A stretch of DNA of 64,000 nucleotides from a virus. Below are positions 50,960-59,299 of the stretch, one piece after another. The DNA lies in IMG/VR virus record IMGVR_UViG_3300033233_000033, positions 5,351-69,350 of that record; one strand, 5' to 3'. How positions within the stretch are numbered: position 1 is the first letter of the stretch; every line of letters starts with the position of its first letter. The notes under the pieces are model-generated. The model was given only the letters and a program-made list of their open reading frames with translations, searched no databases and was not told the origin of the DNA. The position numbers and the translations under genes are program-made.

Positions 50960-51739
50960 ATGATTTTACGCAAATATCAATCTGGCGGATTAGCGTTCAG
51001 CGAAGAACCTATGACAACTACTCAATTTCACAGAGCTAAAAATGGGGAATTAACAGTTAGAACTCGCTCTATGGGTGGACCTGAAATTATTACTGTTAAA
51101 GATAAAAAAGGAAATGTCAGAGTTAAAACTATTGATGATGATAAAGAAACTATAGGTTACTGGGATAATAAAAGTAAACCTGAATCAAAAATATTGTATA
51201 AAAAAGAAGATGACGGCTTTATTAATCTTATTGATACTAGAACTGTGTTAAGAACTACTGGTAATCCTTTAGTAGAAAATGAAACAAAAGACGGGAAGTA
51301 TAAAAAAGAGCACGTTGTAGGAGTTATTAAAGCTGCAAAGAAATATAATGTTTCTCCAAAATTAGCACTAGCTGTAGCTTTACAAGAAACAGGTTTAGGT
51401 AATAGAGCCCCTGAAAATATTGGTCAAGTCACTAACTATGACCCAAACAAAAGCACTTACGATAATTTAGCTTATTCTCTTAAACAACATCTAGCGGAAG
51501 CAGATAAATTAAAGTACAAAGAAAAAGAATACCGTTTGCAAGTGTATAATGGTATGGGTATTGCTGGTAGAGGAAAACTGGGTAAACATGCTTATGGTAT
51601 GGACGTGCCAGAAGAAGGCTTCCACATGGGTAAAAATCCTTTATATGGTAAACAAGTTTACGACTTATTTGACAATGTTATTGATAAGAACCCTGAATTA
51701 ATCAAATTAATTCGCGATATTTATAGTGAAAAGGTTTAA
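50960..51739 (+). CDS. Tagged lytic transglycosylase (SLT)-like protein
   Basis: MILRKYQSGG; AAKKYNVSPKLALAVALQETGLG...YNG.G. Confidence 0.7.
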   Translation: MILRKYQSGGLAFSEEPMTTTQFHRAKNGELTVRTRSMGGPEIITVKDKKGNVRVKTIDDDKETIGYWDNKSKPESKILYKKEDDGFINLIDTRTVLRTTGNPLVENETKDGKYKKEHVVGVIKAAKKYNVSPKLALAVALQETGLGNRAPENIGQVTNYDPNKSTYDNLAYSLKQHLAEADKLKYKEKEYRLQVYNGMGIAGRGKLGKHAYGMDVPEEGFHMGKNPLYGKQVYDLFDNVIDKNPELIKLIRDIYSEKV

Positions 51740-51741
51740 TT

Positions 51742-53799
51742 ATGCTTTTAAGAAAATACCAACAAGGCGATAAATTTAAAAAACTAGAGCTTCCAAATAG
51801 TAAAAGTATTTCTAGTGAAACTACTAATAAAGCTGCAATAGCTCCTAAACAAGCTGTGCAAGCTCAAAGAGAAGTTATTTATAGAAACACTCCTGCATAT
51901 AAAGCTAAAAAACTAAAAGAAGAAAAAGATAAGAAAGCAGCTCAAGTTGCTTTTGAAAAAGAACGTTGGGATAAATATAATAAAGCGTCTTTAACAGACA
52001 AAATTGTAGATAGAACACAGGCTGCTTTTGTTAGCCCTTTATTGATGGCTTCTAATTTGATTTCTGGTAATCAAGCATATATACCAGGTATGGCACACGC
52101 TCTTAGTGATCCTACACACCCAGATTATGGCAAATATTTAAAAGCTGTACATCAAGAAGAAGGTACTATAGAACCTAATGATTTTTTTAATGGTATAAAT
52201 CCATTTTATCAAGGTACTGCTATACGTAAAAAAGTAAATAATGGTGATTACGTGGGGGCAGGTTTAGATGCAGCCCTTACTATTTTTGGGGCTAAAACAG
52301 TTAATCCTAATGCAGGAGCAGGTACCGCAAGATTATTAACAAAAGCAGGTAATAATCCTGTTATGCGTGGTTATAATAATATAGCAACAGGTAATTCTTT
52401 TATACCTTACGCTTGGAAAAGCCCAGCTGTAGGAAAGACTGAAGCAAGCACTAGACAATTATTTGAAAAAGTTTTAAATAGCAAAGAAATTACTGATGCT
52501 GAAAGAGCGGTTTTAATAGATTACCAACAAAACAGTAGGCTTTATACCGGTAGAGCAGATAATTTAGACCTGGCAAAAAGAGAACTAATTAACAATATAC
52601 TTAAAAAACATTCTTTAGAAGAAATAACAGACAATAATGTATTTTTAACTAGAAGAGTTAAAGCCTCAAACAAAGATGTCTTTCCACTAGAAGATAATAA
52701 ATTATTGCTTGAAGATAGACCAACATCTTTTACAGTAGGGGTAGGACAACGCGGCCATGCAAGCGCATCAGACAGAATTGTAATACCTAATAAATACACT
52801 AAAGCATTAAATAAAAATTTTATAAAACAATCTTACGAACCAGTTTCAGAAGAGACTTTAAATTTAATGGGAAAACCAAAAAACACGTACGAAACAAACG
52901 TACAAGAATTTGCCAAATTTATACATACTAATAAAAATCTACAATCTGAAAAAGAATTAATTGGTAGTGGTTTAAATTTAAAGAAAATAGGTAAAGTTAA
53001 AAATGATATAGGAGGCTATGATTATATAATGAAGCCTGTAGTTAACAAAAAAGTTAGCGTACCTGAGCCAGTGCTTATACCACCAGTAGTTAATGAGTTA
53101 CCAGCTCCACCAGAAGTATTACATTTAGATCTCACAAGAAGACCAGGTATTGATTTAACAAGAAATGCAGACAGACCTAGAAAAGTAAAGGCTGCAAAAT
53201 TCCGAGATGAGACAGCATATGGAGATCTTACAGTGGTTAAGACTGGTAAAGACAAAGATAATATAAAACATTTTATAGTTAAAAGAGGAGATAATTTTAT
53301 CGAGGCAGAAAGAAATGCAGACGGAACTTTTAAATTTCACAATAAATGGGTAAATACTGAAAACCCTAAAAGAGGAATGATAGAAGCAGGAAGAGCAATG
53401 AAATTATTAGACGAGCATTTACCAGCACACCCAGTAATACATGAAACTGTTTCTTTCTCACCAGATTCTTATTCTAATATCTTGACTTTAATGAAAGATA
53501 AGAAAAAATGGGAATATACCGTGGTGGGCTCTGTGCCTGTAAATAACAGCGCTGTTAATTCTACAATAACTCATGGTAGAATGAGTACAGAAGGGCCAAC
53601 TCATTTCTTTAATACAATGGAAGACGCTAAAAAAGTAGCAGAAGAATTTAATGCACTATTAAAAAGAAAAGGATATCAAAGTGAATTACATAAAGCAAAA
53701 GCAATTGAAACTGCTACAGGCTTTCAAGTAACAGTTCCTAATTTTAAGCTAAGAAGAAAATATTATTTAGGCGGACTACTTTACATTAAAAACAAATAG
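51742..53799 (+). CDS. Tagged polymorphic-toxin-like protein with ADP-ribosyltransferase-like domain
   Basis: MLLRKYQQG; N-domain shared with 53801; FLTRR...PTSFT...SEKELI (R-S-ExE); Pro-rich linker; extra C-terminal domain; ends YYLGGLLY. Confidence 0.65.
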   Translation: MLLRKYQQGDKFKKLELPNSKSISSETTNKAAIAPKQAVQAQREVIYRNTPAYKAKKLKEEKDKKAAQVAFEKERWDKYNKASLTDKIVDRTQAAFVSPLLMASNLISGNQAYIPGMAHALSDPTHPDYGKYLKAVHQEEGTIEPNDFFNGINPFYQGTAIRKKVNNGDYVGAGLDAALTIFGAKTVNPNAGAGTARLLTKAGNNPVMRGYNNIATGNSFIPYAWKSPAVGKTEASTRQLFEKVLNSKEITDAERAVLIDYQQNSRLYTGRADNLDLAKRELINNILKKHSLEEITDNNVFLTRRVKASNKDVFPLEDNKLLLEDRPTSFTVGVGQRGHASASDRIVIPNKYTKALNKNFIKQSYEPVSEETLNLMGKPKNTYETNVQEFAKFIHTNKNLQSEKELIGSGLNLKKIGKVKNDIGGYDYIMKPVVNKKVSVPEPVLIPPVVNELPAPPEVLHLDLTRRPGIDLTRNADRPRKVKAAKFRDETAYGDLTVVKTGKDKDNIKHFIVKRGDNFIEAERNADGTFKFHNKWVNTENPKRGMIEAGRAMKLLDEHLPAHPVIHETVSFSPDSYSNILTLMKDKKKWEYTVVGSVPVNNSAVNSTITHGRMSTEGPTHFFNTMEDAKKVAEEFNALLKRKGYQSELHKAKAIETATGFQVTVPNFKLRRKYYLGGLLYIKNK

Positions 53800-53800
53800 T

Positions 53801-55447
53801 ATGATTTTAAGAAAATATCAAAAAGGCAAAACCTTAAACATACCATTACCTGGTAAATCTATTGTTTCAGATAATACTAGAGCAGTAGCTCCTGGTATAG
53901 AAATGCATAAAAATAAAGACCGCCAATTTGAAACTAAAAAATCAGAATTAATTAATAAAGCTTATCAACAATTACAAGCAGGCGCTATAACTGAAAACCA
54001 ATATGAACAAGTACTTGGTAACAATAAAATGGCAACTAATAGACTATCTAGCGACAAATTAATAAATACTTCTGAAAAAGTAGTAAAAAAAGGAGACGTA
54101 AAATATAAAAAACAAGAAGCTCTTGCTGCAGAAAAGTTTAAAAAACAACTTTGGAATGAATATAAAAATGCATCATTAGCTGATAAATTAGTAGACAGAA
54201 CTAAAGCAATTGTAACAGAGCCTTTATTAATGGCCTCAAACCTTATAACTGGTAACCAGGCTTATATTCCTGGTATGGCTGATGCTTTAAATGATCCTAA
54301 TTCTCCTAATTATGATAAATATTTAAAATATACAAATCAACCTAAAGGGGGTATAACTACAAACAATTTGTTTAAATTAGTTAATCCTGGTGCGTGGGGT
54401 TATCATGCTGGCACAGAAGTTAATAAAGGAAATTACATGGCTGGTTATGGAGAAATGCTTGAAAATTCTGCCGGTTTAATTCTTGGTGGCCCTGCACTTA
54501 CAGGGCTTAATGGAGTAAAAGCTATTAATACAGCCAAAAAATTACCACAACAATTTTTTTATAATGCTATAGACCCAGTAGGTTATGGGGTTAAGCAAAA
54601 AATAATACAAGCGCCAGTTAATTTAACTAGAAATTTAATTTACCCTGAATTAAGACCAGAAAGAATTGCAGGATTACTTAATAAACCTGGCCAACCTAGA
54701 ATAGGCATGAATCGACTTGATGCATTTAGAACTGGTTTAGGTTTAGAACAAAAATACGGCACTTTTATAAAGGATGGCTCTAAATATAGTATTAGAGATT
54801 TTAATATGACCCCAGATGAAAAGCAATATTATATATCAGAAATTGAAGCTTTTGATGCTTCTAAAAATCTAAGCGGTGAAGAATTAAAAGAAAAATTAAA
54901 AGAAGTATCTAGGATCAATGCATTAAACACAAGTCATAATAGACATTTTATTGAAAAAACAGGCCAACCATTAGTAAATGAGCCAGTATCAAATTATAAT
55001 CCGTGGGAGCAAAAAAGAGCTGTTGAAATAAGTAAAGATCCAAATTATGATTTTTCTATTTATAGCGCAGATAATCATGGTATAATGGGTGGTTATAGAA
55101 TGGATGTAAAAAGAAATTTAGATGGTACTTACGAATTTAAAGCAGCAGATGTTTGGGATTTGCACCCAACAGCAAAATCAAGCACTATAAATAAAAGTCA
55201 ACTCGAGCTTGAAAAACGTAATTTATTAAAACGTAAATTAGAAAATGTAGAATTTTTAAAATTAATGGGAGGCAAACCTTTTGAAATAGAAAATAAATTT
55301 TCTCATAAAGTATTTAATTATAAAGAGCCAATGAGTACTTTTAATACAAAAGACCCTATAGAAAAATACAAAGAAATTTTTGAAAGGATGACTATTCCTA
55401 AAAATATAAATTACAATTCTTTTGTAATTAATAAAAAACAAAAATAA
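53801..55447 (+). CDS. Tagged polymorphic-toxin-like protein with unknown C-terminal domain
   Basis: MILRKYQKG; PLLMASNLITGNQAYIPGMA block shared with 51742; HGIMGGY...DVWDLHP. Confidence 0.65.
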   Translation: MILRKYQKGKTLNIPLPGKSIVSDNTRAVAPGIEMHKNKDRQFETKKSELINKAYQQLQAGAITENQYEQVLGNNKMATNRLSSDKLINTSEKVVKKGDVKYKKQEALAAEKFKKQLWNEYKNASLADKLVDRTKAIVTEPLLMASNLITGNQAYIPGMADALNDPNSPNYDKYLKYTNQPKGGITTNNLFKLVNPGAWGYHAGTEVNKGNYMAGYGEMLENSAGLILGGPALTGLNGVKAINTAKKLPQQFFYNAIDPVGYGVKQKIIQAPVNLTRNLIYPELRPERIAGLLNKPGQPRIGMNRLDAFRTGLGLEQKYGTFIKDGSKYSIRDFNMTPDEKQYYISEIEAFDASKNLSGEELKEKLKEVSRINALNTSHNRHFIEKTGQPLVNEPVSNYNPWEQKRAVEISKDPNYDFSIYSADNHGIMGGYRMDVKRNLDGTYEFKAADVWDLHPTAKSSTINKSQLELEKRNLLKRKLENVEFLKLMGGKPFEIENKFSHKVFNYKEPMSTFNTKDPIEKYKEIFERMTIPKNINYNSFVINKKQK

Positions 55448-55505
55448 AGACCTTGAAACTTACTAAAAAAGTAACTATATTACCGCAAAATTTAAATAAG
55501 ATAAT

Positions 55506-55745
55506 ATGTCAAATTTCGTTTATTTCCATGCGGGAGATTTAGTTACTCTCAAACAAAATATACCAAACAAACCTCAGATGTTAGTTTTGCGTATACCTAA
55601 GGCACGCCCTGTAAACTCTGAAGGGGAAAAAAGACCTCAAGCAATGCTTTTAGGAGTTACTTGTTGTTGGTTCACCAAAGATGGTCTATACCAAGAAAAA
55701 ACTTTTAATACAAAAGATTTAGAGATTATTCCTGTAGAAAATTAA
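55506..55745 (+). CDS. YodC/DUF2158-like small protein
   Basis: GDLVTLK...PQMLV...VTCCWF.......FNTKDL. Confidence 0.7.
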   Translation: MSNFVYFHAGDLVTLKQNIPNKPQMLVLRIPKARPVNSEGEKRPQAMLLGVTCCWFTKDGLYQEKTFNTKDLEIIPVEN

Positions 55746-55749
55746 TATT

Positions 55750-56352
55750 ATGCTAAAATTTCAAGTATACAATAATAAAGTATGCATTGATCCTAGCATA
55801 GTTCTACTTGAAGAATTTTCTAATATCCTTGCGTACGGTAAGAAAGAAAAAAATGAAGACTTAGCAAATCGAATGTTGCTATACGTTTTCTTTTGTTGTG
55901 ATCTTACTGAAGATAATTTCATGCGTGATTTAGATTACAGGCTTAAACCTGAGCAAGCCATGGCCAGAGCTTTTTCTGGAACTATAAAGAAATTTGATGA
56001 TACACAAAAAGATCTTGTAGATGCTGCTATAGATGCCTATAACTTTTTTAACGAAACCTCTGCTGAAAGAGCTGTACTAGCCATTGATAAAAAAATTGAT
56101 GAAGCTAGAACTATAATGGAAACTACAGATATTGAAATTATTCGTCATGTCAAAGAAAGTGGTGAAGTTAGTTTTGTATCTAATGAAACCATATTATTTA
56201 AGTTAGCAGAAAATATAGGTAAGCTTATGACTTTAAAATTATCTGTAGCTGCTGCTGCTAAAAAAATGGAAAATTCTGGGCGTGTGCGTGGTGGTAAAGG
56301 ATCTTCTCTTTTAGAGCGAGGTGGATTAATACAAAAACCAGACGATGAGTAG
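55750..56352 (+). CDS. Putative terminase small subunit / TerL-adjacent protein
   Basis: Helical protein overlapping the TerL start, with C-terminal RVRGG. The call rests on position. Confidence 0.45.
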   Translation: MLKFQVYNNKVCIDPSIVLLEEFSNILAYGKKEKNEDLANRMLLYVFFCCDLTEDNFMRDLDYRLKPEQAMARAFSGTIKKFDDTQKDLVDAAIDAYNFFNETSAERAVLAIDKKIDEARTIMETTDIEIIRHVKESGEVSFVSNETILFKLAENIGKLMTLKLSVAAAAKKMENSGRVRGGKGSSLLERGGLIQKPDDE

Positions 56353-58639
56353 TATTTCTAGTAAACCAAAATATAAGTTAAAAAAGGTTAACACTGCTAA
56401 GATACCAACTCTTATTGGTGTTGAAAACAAATATAAACCTTTTTCTTTAGATTTTTTAAAGACTGATGAACAAGGGCGTATATGGAATGGAGAATTTGAG
56501 GTTACTAATGCGCCTGAAAAATTACACGGTGTAGTTTTAGGTGATGAAGAAATTAAACTTTCAGATTACCTTGTTTATAGGCCTATACCTAAAGAGCTTA
56601 TAGCTTGGCGAGAAATTCCTAATTACCATCCTGATAGTTTAGACATGGAAGAATGGTATGCACCATTATTAAACTTTTGCTATCGCGGAGTTTGGGTAGA
56701 TAGTGAATATTATAATCCTTTCTTTGTTTATTGGTTGAATATTTTTGTATTCCCAGTTCCTATTTACGACTCTGAAGGAAAACCAACAGAAGATTTTACT
56801 ACTTCTCACCCTCAATATTGTAATATTGACAGATACTTTTTTGATTACAGCTGGAAAGCTCATTTATGTAACAAAGATGTATCTATAATGGGAGGTCGTG
56901 GTGTCGGTAAATCTTATATGATCAACAACGTTTTAGATCGTGAATTTAGATTATACCCAGGCAGTCATACGCTGGTGTCTTCTACTAATGAGGTAACTAC
57001 AGATGAGGCTTGGCGTAAAATAGAAGAAGGCTTGGGTGCTATAGAACGTTTACACAGAGCGTTAAAACTTAAACTTATTGACGATTCTGCTGAAGTAAAA
57101 TACTCAGGTGAAACTGTAGATCTTCCAGACGGAACTAAAGAAGAACGTGGTCATTTATCTAAACTTGAAAAAATTATATACGGTAAAAACTCAGGTAAAA
57201 CAAGGGGTAAACGTCCTAGTAAACAATTAATAGAAGAGTTTGCAGCATTTCCTCCATCACACCAAAAAGGATCTCTTGGCGCTTGTAAAAGAGAAAGCCG
57301 TGGTTCTTGGTATGTAATGGGTAGTCTTAAGAAATGCCAAGTATATTATTCTGGTACAGGGGGTACTGTAGAAAATGACGAAGCTGAAGGGATATTTTGT
57401 AACCCTGACGCACACGAAATTTTACCTACATATGATTTTGGTGTTGCTACTGGTTTCTTTTGCCCTACGCATATCAAACGAGCAGGTACTTGGGAAGTAA
57501 CAGGTTGCCCTGATATACCTACAGAAACGCAAGAAGTAATGCAAGAGAGAGAAGCTGCTAAAGCCGATCCTACTGTTTACTTAGGTTTACTGCAAGAGTA
57601 CCCAATGACTATCAAAGAAGTATTTATCCGTAAAGGTTCTAATATTTTTGATCAAGATAAAATTGCAACTCAGCGTATTAATTTACAAATGAATCCAGAT
57701 ATTCCTAAACCAGAGAAAGGTTTTCTTAAATGGAAAAGAGCTGAAAATGGAAAAATTATAGGTGTAGATTGGGACCCTAGTCCACTGGGAGATATACATA
57801 TATTAGAGCACCCACACTGGTTAACAGAAGGAGCTTTAGAAAACGAAAAACAACCTCTGCCTAATTTGTACGTAGCCGGAGCCGATAGTATTGACCAAGG
57901 TACAGGAGATTCTTCTCATGCAACAAACAGTATAAAAGGTTCAGAATTAGCTATACTTATAAAGAAACGTATATTAGATAAAGGTTATTTTAGAACAACT
58001 TCTAATTTGTATGTTGCAAGTTATAAGAAAAGATCTCACGATGTCAGAACAGACTGGGATAATGCTTTAAAACTAGCTTACTACTTTAATGCAGAGGTAA
58101 ATATAGAGTATACTAAAATTGGTATTGTTGGACATTTCCGTGACCATGGTTTTTACCATCTATTAAAGAAAAGACCTACTATTAATTTACAAAACGCAGA
58201 CCCAAATAAACAAACTCACCTTATAGGTACTACTGCTGGTGGGCCTATCATAGATCACCAGGATCAGAAAATAAAAGCGTATATAGATGATTTCTATGAC
58301 ACAATTTATTTCTCAGACCTATTAGAGCAATTACAAGATTACAATCGTGAGGATCGTACTAAATTTGACTTTGTTATTGCTATGGGGTTATGTGAACTTT
58401 CTGATGAAGATTTAATGGGAGCTATAGCAAAACCTAGAGAAGCTGCAACTGAGCAATTTCAATTATTTGGTTATTATACTGATCCAGAAACGGGCCACAA
58501 AAAGTATGGAGTTATACCAAATAAATCTAATGCCCAAAAAGAATTAGATCAATCAATTGCCAAATCATTTAATGCGCATGGTGGAGTAAGGTGGATAGAT
58601 ATGAGCGATCCAAAAAACCCTCAATATATTTATGATTAA
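56345..58639 (+). CDS. terL: Terminase large subunit
   Basis: Walker A GGRGVGKS, TRG, Walker B LIEE, GTGG, QEYP, nuclease AGADSID, NIE, D.VIAMG. Confidence 0.93.
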   Translation: MSSISSKPKYKLKKVNTAKIPTLIGVENKYKPFSLDFLKTDEQGRIWNGEFEVTNAPEKLHGVVLGDEEIKLSDYLVYRPIPKELIAWREIPNYHPDSLDMEEWYAPLLNFCYRGVWVDSEYYNPFFVYWLNIFVFPVPIYDSEGKPTEDFTTSHPQYCNIDRYFFDYSWKAHLCNKDVSIMGGRGVGKSYMINNVLDREFRLYPGSHTLVSSTNEVTTDEAWRKIEEGLGAIERLHRALKLKLIDDSAEVKYSGETVDLPDGTKEERGHLSKLEKIIYGKNSGKTRGKRPSKQLIEEFAAFPPSHQKGSLGACKRESRGSWYVMGSLKKCQVYYSGTGGTVENDEAEGIFCNPDAHEILPTYDFGVATGFFCPTHIKRAGTWEVTGCPDIPTETQEVMQEREAAKADPTVYLGLLQEYPMTIKEVFIRKGSNIFDQDKIATQRINLQMNPDIPKPEKGFLKWKRAENGKIIGVDWDPSPLGDIHILEHPHWLTEGALENEKQPLPNLYVAGADSIDQGTGDSSHATNSIKGSELAILIKKRILDKGYFRTTSNLYVASYKKRSHDVRTDWDNALKLAYYFNAEVNIEYTKIGIVGHFRDHGFYHLLKKRPTINLQNADPNKQTHLIGTTAGGPIIDHQDQKIKAYIDDFYDTIYFSDLLEQLQDYNREDRTKFDFVIAMGLCELSDEDLMGAIAKPREAATEQFQLFGYYTDPETGHKKYGVIPNKSNAQKELDQSIAKSFNAHGGVRWIDMSDPKNPQYIYD

Positions 58640-58699
58640 ATATACCCTTGATTATGTAATCAATTTTTTTAATATTACTAGTAAACTAAATAAGTTAAT

Positions 58700-59299
58700 A
58701 TGAAAATAAGTAAAGAAAATATTTCTCCTAAAAATTATCATGTTTTAGCTGAAATTGTTGAATTAGAGAAAGTTAAAAATAATATTTACCAAGGAGCACA
58801 ACAACTAGCTACTAAAACAAATATAGAATATTACTACGGTAAAGCTCTAAAATTTGGACCTGCAGCAAAAGGCGAAGAACAATGCCCTGAGTTAAACGAA
58901 AACACAAATATTATTTTTTCGCAATTCGCAGGATTTGCAACTGCAAGTGATGACGCTTACTGTAAAGTAGTACGAGGATCAGACATTGTAGCAATAGTAA
59001 CTTCTAATTTTGATGACATGACAGAAAAAACAATAAAACCAACAGGAGAAAGAATTTTAGTAAAGATTATCGGGGAAAATTTAATTGAAAATGGTATCTA
59101 TGATTCCACTGACAATGACCCAAGAGAAACAGTCACGCAAAAGGGTGAGATCATTAGTTGCGCTAAAAATGCAGATCAATATCCAAAAGGAACAATTGTA
59201 GCCTTTGAACCTTATTGCGGAAATTTAATTGTTAATGAAAGCAATTTAAAATTAAAGACTGTACAAAGTTTTGATATTTTATATACTATTGAAAAATAA
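58700..59299 (+). CDS. Co-chaperonin with two tandem GroES-like domains
   Basis: Domain 1: ISPKNYHVL...GKALKFGP...IIFSQFAG...SDIVAIV. Domain 2: IKPTGERILVK...GI...KGEIIS...GTIVAFEPYCG...DILYTI. Confidence 0.8.
   Translation: MKISKENISPKNYHVLAEIVELEKVKNNIYQGAQQLATKTNIEYYYGKALKFGPAAKGEEQCPELNENTNIIFSQFAGFATASDDAYCKVVRGSDIVAIVTSNFDDMTEKTIKPTGERILVKIIGENLIENGIYDSTDNDPRETVTQKGEIISCAKNADQYPKGTIVAFEPYCGNLIVNESNLKLKTVQSFDILYTIEK

Noticed and set aside
48940-56863. Minus-strand ORFs in the right arm (48940, 49197, 52542, 53022, 53155, 56669)
   Set aside because: They are antisense to clear plus-strand genes.
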